This document shows, piece by piece, positions 19,832 through 29,376 of a stretch of 64,000 bases of DNA (positions are counted from its first letter, which is position 1; each line of letters opens with the position of its first letter). The notes under the pieces are model-generated. The model was not told the origin of the DNA. It did not search any database and was given only the letters and a program-made list of their open reading frames with translations. Location of the stretch: the NCBI GenBank assembly GCA_963847185.1, contig CAWJYV010000008.1:160001-224000 (forward strand). The letters run 5' to 3'. Position numbers and translations under genes: made by a program. The stretch is from an uncultured Methanosarcinaceae archaeon. GTDB taxonomy: Archaea > Halobacteriota > Methanosarcinia > Methanosarcinales > Methanosarcinaceae.

Positions 19832-21799
19832 TTATTTGTATTTGTGTTCCCGTCTCCCAGCTACCATCTTTTCTTTTTCTAAACGCTCCATTCTCTCTTT
19901 ATCTGTCTCTGTTTTTTCCTCTCTTTCTATTCTTTCTACATCTTGCCTTGCCATTCTTTCTTCTGCTGTTTCCAGTGGCTCTTCCCTTCTTTTAGTCCGG
20001 ACCATCATTTCTGATTCTGCTCCGGTTATTCTGGTTCTTTCAGCCTCTGCTCTTTGCCAGTACGGCTGGTATCCATAGTAAGTGTAGACTCTAGAGAGTT
20101 CAGCACGAGTTAAAGGCCATCTGTCTTTATCAAACCCTTCTGCCCTTTCCAGAACATCCTTGGGAATATCAAGGGTAAAAGCATGCTCATGCACTCTGCA
20201 TGTAAGAGCTTGCCAGGGAATAGCAAACAGTTTATCGGCCATACCCAGGAACCCGCCAAAAGAAAGTACTGCATATGCTACTCTTCCATCCTGAAGATCG
20301 ATCATTAACTCTTCAATCCTTCCAAGATCTTCTCCGGCTGTATTGACAACTCTGTCCGTTTTTATCGTGCTTGCTGACAAAAAGTCTGGGACCTCTCCCC
20401 CTGCAGTCTCAACTCTGCTCTGTACTTCCACTCTCTCTCTTTCCAGTTGCGCCAGCCTTTCCCTTTGTGTTTTTGCCAGCATTTCTGCCTCTACTCGTTC
20501 TTTTTCCAGTTTGGCTAGAGTCTCTCTCTCGATTCCTGCTTGCCTTTGTGCTTCTGTACATGCTCTCTGCAACTGAGACAACTTTTCTTTGTGTGTCTCT
20601 TCATGAGTCTGTACTATCATCAGCTCTTCTTCAAGCCTGGCAACTTTTTCTGTCTCTTCCTTTCTTCTTGCCTCTTGCAACTCTTTTTCCAACTGTGTCA
20701 ACTTTTCTCTCTCGGCTTTTGCCTGCCTTTCTGCTTCTATCCGTTCTCTTTCCAGCTGCGCCAGCCTATCTCTCTCAGCTTCTGCATTCCTCTGTGCTTC
20801 TATCCGCTGTCTTTCTAACTGAGAGATTCTCTCTTCCTGTGTCCCTTTTAACTCTTCAAGCCTTTCTATTTCCTGGCGAGCCTTTATCCCTTCTCCTGTT
20901 TCTGTCCGGACAACTCTCTCCTCTACTACTACTGTCGGCTCCCTGACTTCTTTTTCGGTACGGGCCATTCTTCTTGTTTCCCCTCCAGTAACGACTCCGG
21001 TCAGAATTTCTGGTTGAGTTCCCATTCCTGTCCGCCAATACGGCTGGTAACCATAGTAAGCAAATGTACTGGAGAGTTCTTCATAAGTTACAGGCCATTT
21101 GTCCTTATCAAGACCTTCTGCTTTATCAACAGTCTCTTTAGAAATATCAAGGACAAAAGCATTCTCACGCGCTCTTAGAGTGAGAGAATTCCAGGGAATA
21201 GCGAGTTGTTTACTGCCTACACCTAGAATTCCACCATGTGAAATTACAATGTACGCAATTCTTCCATCATGAAGATCAATCATTATATCTTCAATTTTTC
21301 CAATGTGGTCGCCATCTCTATTGATGACTTTTTTTCCTTGTATATCGCTTGCTGGCAAAAACTCTGGACTGCTTCTATCTGTCCTGCTTGTCATCCGGGA
21401 TATCCTCTCGGATTCCGGTGTTGCAGTTTCTACTGCCCCCGTTTGCCAGTACGGCTGGTATCCATAGTAGCTGTACATATTAAAAAGCCAATCACGGGTA
21501 GTTACAGGCCAATTGTCCTTGTCAAAGCCTTCTGCATTCTTAAGCGTTTCCTTAGGAATATCAAGTAAGAAGGTGTGCTCGTGCACTTTCAAAGTAAGAG
21601 CTTTCCAGGGGATAGCAAAGAGTTTATTGCCCATACCTAGGATTCCTCCAAAAGAAAGTGCTGCATATGCTACTCTACCGTCTGCGAGATCAATCATTAA
21701 ATCTTCAAATTTACCAAGGTCTTCTCCAGCTGTATTGACTACTTTATCGTCTGTTAAGCTATCCGCTGACAAAAAGTCTGGATTCTCTCTGTTTGCCAT
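19832..21799 (-). CDS. Protein with three PRC-barrel domains and a long charged coiled coil
   Basis: Three copies of FLSA...KVVN.AGEDLGKIEELMIDL..GRVAYAVLSFGG.LG...KLFAIPW...YYGYQPYW; ~180-aa E/R/Q heptad region. Confidence 0.85.
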   Translation of the reverse strand: MANRENPDFLSADSLTDDKVVNTAGEDLGKFEDLMIDLADGRVAYAALSFGGILGMGNKLFAIPWKALTLKVHEHTFLLDIPKETLKNAEGFDKDNWPVTTRDWLFNMYSYYGYQPYWQTGAVETATPESERISRMTSRTDRSSPEFLPASDIQGKKVINRDGDHIGKIEDIMIDLHDGRIAYIVISHGGILGVGSKQLAIPWNSLTLRARENAFVLDISKETVDKAEGLDKDKWPVTYEELSSTFAYYGYQPYWRTGMGTQPEILTGVVTGGETRRMARTEKEVREPTVVVEERVVRTETGEGIKARQEIERLEELKGTQEERISQLERQRIEAQRNAEAERDRLAQLERERIEAERQAKAEREKLTQLEKELQEARRKEETEKVARLEEELMIVQTHEETHKEKLSQLQRACTEAQRQAGIERETLAKLEKERVEAEMLAKTQRERLAQLERERVEVQSRVETAGGEVPDFLSASTIKTDRVVNTAGEDLGRIEELMIDLQDGRVAYAVLSFGGFLGMADKLFAIPWQALTCRVHEHAFTLDIPKDVLERAEGFDKDRWPLTRAELSRVYTYYGYQPYWQRAEAERTRITGAESEMMVRTKRREEPLETAEERMARQDVERIEREEKTETDKERMERLEKEKMVAGRREHKYK

Positions 21800-21829
21800 A
21801 TTGTTCCAACTCCCTTTGTTTTAGATATA

Positions 21830-21863
21830 TTTCGAAGCTTGCTCCCCAAGCGTAACTTCAAAA
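21830..21863 (-). promoter_or_regulatory. 5' leader hairpin upstream of PRC gene 2
   Basis: Minus strand UUUUGAAGUUACGCUUGGGGAGCAAGCUUCGAAA folds into a stem; paralogous to 22788-22821. Confidence 0.5.
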
Positions 21864-21936
21864 CTTTTCTTTCTATGGAATTCATCCAAGTTGTTTCTTC
21901 AAGTAGTATTGATGGCTATCTGTTACAATTACAGGC

Positions 21937-22755
21937 TTAGATGTTACCTGGTCTATTCTCCACCCTTTCTCTTTCTCTCAGCCAGTACGGCTGGTATCCA
22001 TAGTAGCTGTACATACTTGAAAGCCACTCGCGGGAAGTTATAGGCCAGTTATCTTTATCAAACCCTTCTGCCTTTTCCAAAGTTTCTTTAGAGACACTAA
22101 GGGTGAAAGCATGCTCATGCACTCTCAGTTGAAGAGCCTGCCAGGGAATAGCGAACAGTTTGTCACCTAGACCCAGGAATCCGCCAAAAGATAGTACTGC
22201 GTATGCAATTTTTCCATTGCGGAGGTCAATCATTAGCTCTTCAATCTTCCCGAGATCCTCGCCAGCTGTGTTGATGACTTTATCCCCTTTTAACGTACTT
22301 GCTGACAAAAAGTCTGGATTCTCTTTACTAACTGCTGCACTTTCCATCCGTAGCATTCTTTCGGATTCGGTCTCAGTTTGCATTCCTGTTGAAATCCCTG
22401 TCTGCCAGTACGGCTGGTGTCCATAGTAAGTGTAGGTTCTGAGAAGTTCATTATACGTTAAAGGCCACCTGCCTTTATCAAAGCCTTCTGCCTCTTTCAA
22501 GGTCTCTTTAGGAACATCAAGTAGGAAAGCATGCTCATGTACTCTCAGTTGAAGAGCCAGCCAGGGAATAGCAAATAGTTTGTCGCCCATACCCAGGAAC
22601 CCACCAAATGAAATTACAGCATATGCTACCCTTCCATCCTGAAAATCAATCATAAATTCTTCAATCTTTCCAAGGTCTTCCCCATCTCTATTGACTACCT
22701 TATCTCCTTTTAGCGTACCCGCTGACAAAAAATCTGGATTTTCTCTAGTTGCCAT
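21937..22755 (-). CDS. Tandem two-PRC-barrel protein
   Basis: Two PRC repeats as above; start moved to ATG 22755 (MATRENPDF, matching MANRENPDF of the paralog) after GGGGGT. Confidence 0.85.
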   Translation of the reverse strand: MATRENPDFLSAGTLKGDKVVNRDGEDLGKIEEFMIDFQDGRVAYAVISFGGFLGMGDKLFAIPWLALQLRVHEHAFLLDVPKETLKEAEGFDKGRWPLTYNELLRTYTYYGHQPYWQTGISTGMQTETESERMLRMESAAVSKENPDFLSASTLKGDKVINTAGEDLGKIEELMIDLRNGKIAYAVLSFGGFLGLGDKLFAIPWQALQLRVHEHAFTLSVSKETLEKAEGFDKDNWPITSREWLSSMYSYYGYQPYWLRERERVENRPGNI

Positions 22756-22787
22756 AATTCTACCCCCTACATTTATGGAGATATTTG

Positions 22788-22821
22788 TTTCCAAAGCCTG
22801 CGCCCACACGCAGCTTCAAAA
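22788..22821 (-). promoter_or_regulatory. 5' leader hairpin upstream of PRC gene 1
   Basis: Minus strand UUUUGAAGCUGCGUGUGGGCGCAGGCUUUGGAAA folds into a stem; paralogous to 21830-21863. Confidence 0.5.
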
Positions 22822-23259
22822 TATCTCCCCTATTAAATATTATTTTTTTGATGTTACTTAAAACTACGGAATCATAAAAAGTATTATTATATGTTACAAT
22901 TTGAAAAAAAATGGATTAATGTTAAAAATATTTGGGCGGAGAAAGTTCCATTTCTATGAACACTTCCTTTAGCATATTTTCATGAAACTAGTAGTTGAGG
23001 TGAAAAACTTAGTAGTATTTCCTTTAACTTTATAAGTCAAAATTTAGAATGTTCTCAAAACAATTTCATGAATATTTTTATATTATTTAGATATGTCAAC
23101 CGATACTGAATAAAAATGATAACGTTGTCAATAAGGTTATAACATTTTCCTTTTTATTTTTTTGCAAGCGCTTTTAACTTAGGAAGGCGAAAATATGTAC
23201 TAAAACAATTTCTCTTACTTAAAATATGCCTGGGATCTTACCTTAGAGGGTGATGATAT

Positions 23260-23475
23260 ATGTACGCTTATGTTGATACTGAGTATGCACCTGAGAAATG
23301 TTCTCTATGCAATGGAACAGGACATGCTGTAGGTGGAATATGCGAAGTCTGTGGAGGACAGGGAGACGTACTTGTTGCCCAGCCTGCAATAGCCTGTCCT
23401 CTTTGCTGTGGATTAGGTAGCATTGAAATAGGAACTTGCAGGGCATGCGGAGGAAGTGGCTGGGTTCTCTTTTAA
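23260..23475 (+). CDS. Small DnaJ-type zinc-finger protein
   Basis: Four CxxCxGxG motifs (CSLCNGTG, CEVCGGQG, CPLCCGLG, CRACGGSG); RBS GAGGGTGA. Confidence 0.85.
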   Translation: MYAYVDTEYAPEKCSLCNGTGHAVGGICEVCGGQGDVLVAQPAIACPLCCGLGSIEIGTCRACGGSGWVLF

Positions 23476-23536
23476 AGGAAAGTAACTACAATCCTATTTA
23501 TAGACAGTATCCTTTTTTACCCGAAAATTTTTTCTC

Positions 23537-24172
23537 TTAAGTTTGCTCCGAATTCTCTGAAAAGCCTTCTTTTTTCTTTTGTTTTGTCAGAAATTCTGCT
23601 TTTTTCTCCTGAGAAAGGCAGTCAAAACAGGTTTCATAGCGCAAAGACTTATATTTACTTCTGCATACAGGACAGAGTTCCATACCTTTAAGGCTTGCAA
23701 AATGGCAGCTTTTACAGAGTACTATTGCGTTTTTCAGGGATTCATATTCATTTTCTGCTTGTTTAATTTCTTCTTCGATAAGGTCTTTAATACCATTTTC
23801 TTCAAGCCATTCATGATAACGTTTTTTGAAATTCCCCTCCTCTGAATCAGCAACAAGCACTTCAATATACTGTTCTTCCAGGTCGCTATGGTCGGGATCT
23901 ATTTTATGTACAGTAGAAGCTTTATGCCACGAGGGGTGACTTTTATGGCGGTGCTTGCCAGTTAATACATTCTCGAATTTCTGGTACTTCTGCCTGTAAA
24001 CCTCCCTGAATCTGGTGTATGAAGCACTATAAATCTCGGACCTGATTTGAGCCGGAGAAAAATCTCTGGGAGTGTGAATGCACAGAGAATCTGAAGAACC
24101 GCACCATGAGCAATTCTTGCCTTTGAGAAATTCTGCCCTTTTTTCTTTCCATTCCTTTGAGTTGTGTTTCAT
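23537..24172 (-). CDS. Cys-rich HNH-like protein with large insertion and C-terminal Zn ribbon
   Basis: SKEWKEKR..L...CSWCG...LCIH ... NAIVLCKSCH ... CPVC...CFDC. Confidence 0.6.
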   Translation of the reverse strand: MKHNSKEWKEKRAEFLKGKNCSWCGSSDSLCIHTPRDFSPAQIRSEIYSASYTRFREVYRQKYQKFENVLTGKHRHKSHPSWHKASTVHKIDPDHSDLEEQYIEVLVADSEEGNFKKRYHEWLEENGIKDLIEEEIKQAENEYESLKNAIVLCKSCHFASLKGMELCPVCRSKYKSLRYETCFDCLSQEKKAEFLTKQKKKEGFSENSEQT

Positions 24173-24278
24173 AGGCTGCCTGCAGAAGAACTTTTTTCCA
24201 TAATAAGACTACTAAATTTAAGGTATGAATTCAGATTTGTCATTTTCATGGAATTTTGAGATCCTTAAACTATTATCA

Positions 24279-24370
24279 GTGTTCTATAGAAGTAATATTA
24301 GTGTTATTAATGTTCTATAAAAGTAGTATTAGTGTTCTATAGAAGTAGTATTAGCGTTCTATAGAAGTAA
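24279..24370. repeat. ~22-bp tandem repeat x4 containing palindrome TTCTATAGAA
   Basis: gtgttctatagaagtaatatta / atgttctataaaagtagtatta / gtgttctatagaagtagtatta / gcgttctatagaagtaa. Confidence 0.85.
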
Positions 24371-25147
24371 TTTTTCCGAACTTTCAATGTAATATTTTAA
24401 GAGCTCTTTTCCCCATTTTAAAGCCTCGGGCTCTGAACTTAGAAGATATTGACCCTCAAAACCTTCTTTCTTGTTGAAAAGGCCTAAAAGAAATTTGTTT
24501 TCCGATACAGCAATAACAGCAGGAATTTCAAGGGTATTTTCAAGTCTCATGAAAATAGAGGCTTTTTCCTGAGCTAAAATCATTTCTTCTTTATTCTGGA
24601 AATCTGTGGAAAACTTTTCGAATAAATTCCTACTAAGGATTAGCTTTAACTCTGTACCTCTTTTTACAGAATCAAAGGAAAAGGAAGGGATATGAGGGTG
24701 AAAATAAGAAAAAAGAAGCATAAGTTTTTGAGCGTCTGTAAAATGATTAGTCATTTCAGATAAGAAATCGGACCCGTCAGCTGAATCTGGCTCAACCAGC
24801 TTACACCCTTTAAGCTCCCCTATTCTCTTCAAAAGATAAAAAGGAATGGTATCCAATTTCCGCTGGCTCCAGAAATACTCATTTTCTTCGAATAAGATAG
24901 CTGCGTTCACTAAAGGTCGCATTTTTTTGATTAAAATTTCACCTATCGTGGACAGACTACATAGATCTCCATCCTGGACAATTAATCCTTCTTCTTTTAA
25001 CTTCTTTATCTGGGGAAGCAGAGAAATCCTGGAAATCTGAAGTACATCCAGAACCTTATCAATAGTTTTTGGCCCTTCTGCCAATAGTAAAAGGAAGTTT
25101 TTCCTCTTATCAGAGAATAAAAGAAGATTAATAAGCTGTAATTTCAT
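24359..25147 (-). CDS. Winged-helix regulator with DUF1724-type C-terminal domain (family expanded in Methanosarcina)
   Basis: LLFSDKRKNFLLLLAEGPK...LLPQIKKL...LSTIGEIL; ALKWGKELLKYY. Confidence 0.85.
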   Translation of the reverse strand: MKLQLINLLLFSDKRKNFLLLLAEGPKTIDKVLDVLQISRISLLPQIKKLKEEGLIVQDGDLCSLSTIGEILIKKMRPLVNAAILFEENEYFWSQRKLDTIPFYLLKRIGELKGCKLVEPDSADGSDFLSEMTNHFTDAQKLMLLFSYFHPHIPSFSFDSVKRGTELKLILSRNLFEKFSTDFQNKEEMILAQEKASIFMRLENTLEIPAVIAVSENKFLLGLFNKKEGFEGQYLLSSEPEALKWGKELLKYYIESSEKLLL

Positions 25148-25414
25148 CTGATTTCTTCCTTTTAGGGTTCATTGCACTCATTTAAGGGCAAATAACCACT
25201 GTTTTTAAAACATTTAAACTAATATGTCAATGGTATAATCATTAGTTTATAGATATAAACCTTATCTTGGCATTTAAGCAGCAAAAAAGCCAGAAAAGGC
25301 AAATAAATTACAAACTAAGGATGATGTGGATACTAAATAATTTATAGGTTTAAAAAGAAGCAAAAGAGACAAATTAAGAAAGGATCAAGTAATAAAGAAA
25401 AATTTCATTTTATA

Positions 25415-26575
25415 ATGACCTTTAAGAAAGCAATTCTGAAGATGAATGAGGGGATATCAATTAACAAAATTATCTCTATACTGATTATACTGCTTTTAAC
25501 TTTAGCAGCCGGATTTGCTGAAAAGTCTTCAGGAATTTCTGAGAATGCAACAATAACTCATAAGTCGTACGGAGGTTTTACACTTCCTGAAATGCAGGTA
25601 CAGAAGTTAACTGTTAACAGCACATCGGTAGTATTCACAACATCTGATGGTGAAGGAAAATTTTTGAAAACGTATGAAAAACCTTTCAATGAAAGTACTT
25701 TCAGAGATCTTATATATCTATTTGAAGAAAACGAGTTCCTTTAAATGAATAAAAGTTATACTCCACTGGAAGGGCAGCCTGTAGTCACAGATGTAGGAAC
25801 ACTGGAGATCAGCCTGAAAGATAATAATTATGGAAAAACGGTGATAATAGACCCTTATTATTCCGAATATATGCCTGAGGGTCTTCAGAAAATCGATTCA
25901 GTATTGATCAAACTTATAACTTATGCCCTTTCTACATCACCTGAAGAAGCTGAAAATATATCAAAGGTCTGGATAGAAACCTCACCCACATACAGTTTTG
26001 ATGGTTATAATTTAAAACTGGAAAAACATGAGGTTCTGGAGGCGATTCCCCAGCAGCACTTGATTACCTATACATTTACAAGCAGACATGGGGGCTACGG
26101 GAATCGGACTGACCAGATGGTAACTCAGGTGCTTACTCCGCACACAATAGAAGTTACAGTTTCAGATAATAATGTAACAGCCGCGGTTATCGATGGAAAA
26201 TGGGACGAACTTTCTCAGGAGCCTATTGAAAAAGAGCCTGGTAGTGTTGATGAGAATGGTAGTACTAATAATTCTACTGGCGAAGCTGGGGGGGAAAATT
26301 TTGTAACAATCAAGTACCTGATAACCGGAGAAAAAACTCCCTGGGACCAGTGGTATGAGGAAGGAAACATCCAGTTTATCAAAGCCCCAACCCCATCCGA
26401 ACTGATTGTTGCCTATTATGGAACCGTATCTAATATAGAGCTCTCTGACATAGATCGGGTTGAAAGTAGTGACCTTAACACTTCATCTAGTGAATTTTTT
26501 TATGTTGCTAAAGTAAAAGTAAGCGACTTTGAGAAAATGAAAGATCTTGGATGGAAAGAATTTGGAGAATTATAA
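25415..26575 (+). pseudogene. Secreted/lipoprotein gene interrupted by in-frame TAA at 25742-25744
   Basis: Two same-frame ORFs separated only by TAA (FL*MNKSY); signal peptide ends LAAGF where a lipobox Cys would be expected. Confidence 0.65.
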
Positions 26576-26682
26576 ATCTCTTCAAAGAAGGAAAATTCAG
26601 GAGAAAATAAAGTAAGAAGCATATTTTTGCCTCAAACAATTTCCTCTCCAGTGAAATAACTCACACATGGAGGATTAAAGAA

Positions 26683-27537
26683 TTATTCTTCAATATTTCC
26701 ATTATTTTTTGTGATTCTCGCAGCAGAAGGATAACTGCATCTTGCAAGTGAGCCGTATACAGACTGTGTTGGAGCTAGCCAGATAATGCCTGTGCCTTCA
26801 AAGGTCTGAAGAGATCCATCCCCACTGGTCAGGTTTCCAACCAGGTTCTTTGCAGATCTTTCGACCGTAAAGTTGATGGAAGCTGACCTGAGGAATGCAA
26901 AGTCTCCGTCAACCTGCAATTTCTCGTTGTTAAGCTCGTACTTAAGGACCTCATTTAAAGGTACTGGAATAGCAAGCACACAGAGACCTTTACCAATAAT
27001 CTTTGTCTGGAACCAGCCTTCACCTCCAAAAAGCCCGGATGATAGATTTTTCTGGGACGAGACTTCTACACTAACTCCTCTTTCACAGCAGTAAAACATT
27101 CCCTTATCCACAATAACTGCATCATTGTCCAGTTCCATGATTATGAAATGGCTGAAACTGGGTTCAAGAAAAATCTCACCTGTGCCTGAGTAAGTCGGTG
27201 TGAAAGCAGATTCATTTGTCAGTTTATTTTTTATTAATTTCTTTGCAAGACCGCCAACTCCTCCGGTTTCACATTCCGTACAGATATTTCCCTTGTGGAA
27301 ATACAGGGCTCCTCGCTCAGTAGTTATTGAACTGTCCTTAAGAGTAATTTTTATCTGCTTGAGACTCATTCCTGCTTTCTCAATATAGTGTAAATCTTTT
27401 GCAAGACATACATCTCGGAGCCCCCGGAGAGTTTTATACTCAAGAATCTCGATTTTTATCCCGTCTTTCTCAATGGACTCCAGTATATTTATATTATCAT
27501 AAAATTTTTGTTCTATAATACGATCACCACTTTTCAA
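26683..27537 (-). CDS. AIM24 family protein
   Basis: ESAFTPTYSGTGEIFLEP, GLFGGEGWFQT, LQVDGDFA, QTFEGTGIIWLAPT. Confidence 0.85.
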   Translation of the reverse strand: MKSGDRIIEQKFYDNINILESIEKDGIKIEILEYKTLRGLRDVCLAKDLHYIEKAGMSLKQIKITLKDSSITTERGALYFHKGNICTECETGGVGGLAKKLIKNKLTNESAFTPTYSGTGEIFLEPSFSHFIIMELDNDAVIVDKGMFYCCERGVSVEVSSQKNLSSGLFGGEGWFQTKIIGKGLCVLAIPVPLNEVLKYELNNEKLQVDGDFAFLRSASINFTVERSAKNLVGNLTSGDGSLQTFEGTGIIWLAPTQSVYGSLARCSYPSAARITKNNGNIEE

Positions 27538-27866
27538 TAGATTTGAAGTTAATTCATAGTTACATACAAAATTAAAAGATAACTTCGCAGAAGCCTGTAA
27601 CCTACTTAATAAAATATGTCATTAAAATATGTCATTTTCTTTATTATAAATATTTGTAAAGTAATTCCTGTTAATTGTTTTTCAAGATAGCTAAATCTGA
27701 ATCATATATACGTATGGATAAACGCTTGATCTTTTAAATTTCCAATGTAAAACATATGCGAATTTAAAACTAAATTTATAATCTACACATTTAAGAGTTT
27801 GAACATAGATAGTGGTAATTAACAAATTTCATCAATTAATCCAGTTCAAACGGAGTTGAGGGGATT

Positions 27867-28520
27867 ATGGCGCTTTTTAAAGATAGGGTTGATGCCGGAA
27901 AAAAGCTGGCAAAAGAACTTTCAAAATACGCGAACCGTTCAGATGTACTTATCCTGGCGCTTCCTCGGGGTGGAGTGCCAGTTGCTTTTGAAGTTGCAAA
28001 AGAATTGAATGTAGAAGTGGATATTTTTATCGTAAGGAAATTAGGAGTGCCAGGAAATGAGGAACTGGCAATGGGAGCAATTGCTTCTGATGATGTTCGC
28101 GTGTTGAATGAAGATATTATAAGTTCTTTCCAGATACCTGACAGAGTAATTGCTGTAGTAGCTGCTAATGAACTAAGGGAGATTGAACGCAGAGAACGTG
28201 CTTATCGTAAGAATAGACCTAAACCGGAAATAGGTGGAAAGACTGTTATTTTGATCGATGACGGGCTTGCAACAGGCGCAACGATGAGAGCAGCAGTTGA
28301 GGCTCTTAAAACTAAAAGCCCGGCTAAAATAATTGTCGCGGTTCCGACGGCTGCAGCGGATACTTGCATGTTTTTTAAAGAAAAGGTAGATGAAGTAATA
28401 TGTGTCGCTACACCTGAACCTTTCTATGGCGTTGGAGCCTGGTATGGTGACTTCAGTCAGACTACAGATGAAGAGGTTTGTGAATTACTGGATAAAGCAG
28501 CGAATCTTCGATCTAAGTAA
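27867..28520 (+). CDS. Phosphoribosyltransferase family protein
   Basis: FKDRVDAG, LALPRGGVPVA, VRKLGVPGNEELAMGA, PRPP motif VILIDDGLATGAT. Confidence 0.92.
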   Translation: MALFKDRVDAGKKLAKELSKYANRSDVLILALPRGGVPVAFEVAKELNVEVDIFIVRKLGVPGNEELAMGAIASDDVRVLNEDIISSFQIPDRVIAVVAANELREIERRERAYRKNRPKPEIGGKTVILIDDGLATGATMRAAVEALKTKSPAKIIVAVPTAAADTCMFFKEKVDEVICVATPEPFYGVGAWYGDFSQTTDEEVCELLDKAANLRSK

Positions 28521-28569
28521 TAATCTGTATGTAAACTGGTACTCTACATAACCATATGGGGGAATCAAT

Positions 28570-29250
28570 ATAACAGAGTTTTCAAGTAAAGGCAAAAGTG
28601 GCAGTGATATTCAAATCCCAATTGACTCGATTACCCTTGAAGGAAACCTCATTATTCCTGAGGGAGCGAGGGGAATCGTCATTTTTGCACATGGTAGTGG
28701 AAGCAGTCGCCACAGCTCGCGGAACCAATATGTTGCACGGGAACTTCAAAAATACGGGCTTGGAACACTGCTTTTTGATCTACTGACAGCTGAGGAAGAA
28801 AGAATTGACATGGTAACAGCTCATCTCAGGTTCGACATTGATTTGCTTGCAAATAGGCTTATTGATGTAACGAAGTGGCTTTTAAGTAATCCTGATACTA
28901 AAGAATTAAACATAGGTTACTTTGGAGCCAGTACGGGGGCTGCAGCTGCGCTTATAGCTGCAAAAGAGCATTCTAATATAATAAAAGCAGTAGTTTCCAG
29001 AGGAGGAAGGCCGGATCTGGCTGAAAAAGCTCTGTCTCATATAAAGGCACCTACTCTGCTTATTGTGGGTGGTGAAGATTATCAAGTAATAGAAATGAAT
29101 CAGTGGGCATTAGATAGGTTGACCTTAAAAGAAAAACAACTTAAGATCGTTCCTGGTGCAACTCACCTTTTTGAAGAACCTGGAACATTAGAAGAGGTCG
29201 CATATCTAGCCGGGGAATGGTTTAAAAAGTATCTCCTGGAAACTTCCTGA
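28570..29250 (+). CDS. Dienelactone hydrolase-like alpha/beta hydrolase; apparent ATA start
   Basis: Frame of ORF 28810 stays open upstream (LEGNLIIPEGARGIVIFAHGSGSSRHSSRN); GYFGASTGAAAAL, SRGGRPDL, PGATHLFEE; RBS GGGGGA 6 nt before ATA. Confidence 0.8.
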   Translation: MTEFSSKGKSGSDIQIPIDSITLEGNLIIPEGARGIVIFAHGSGSSRHSSRNQYVARELQKYGLGTLLFDLLTAEEERIDMVTAHLRFDIDLLANRLIDVTKWLLSNPDTKELNIGYFGASTGAAAALIAAKEHSNIIKAVVSRGGRPDLAEKALSHIKAPTLLIVGGEDYQVIEMNQWALDRLTLKEKQLKIVPGATHLFEEPGTLEEVAYLAGEWFKKYLLETS

Positions 29251-29376
29251 TGATTTATCTGATTCATTCTTTTCTGTATCCGCATCATATTCTATTTTTT
29301 TACAATCTAACCTGGTACAAAAAAGAGTAAATTGAGCTGAAATCAAGTTAGGAGATTATAGCCTGTGAAATAATTC

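Noticed and set aside
24279-24370. Possible CRISPR array (also considered for 59615-59830)
   Set aside because: Repeats are contiguous or have homologous intervening sequence, with no unique spacers and no cas genes.
25742-25744. Pyrrolysine/selenocysteine readthrough
   Set aside because: The stop is TAA; I found no convincing in-frame TAG- or TGA-interrupted gene in the window.
28598-28810. Apparent frameshift in the hydrolase (track ORF 28598-28786 plus 28810)
   Set aside because: The hydrolase frame is continuous from 28552; only a canonical start codon is missing, and the 28598 ORF is off-frame.
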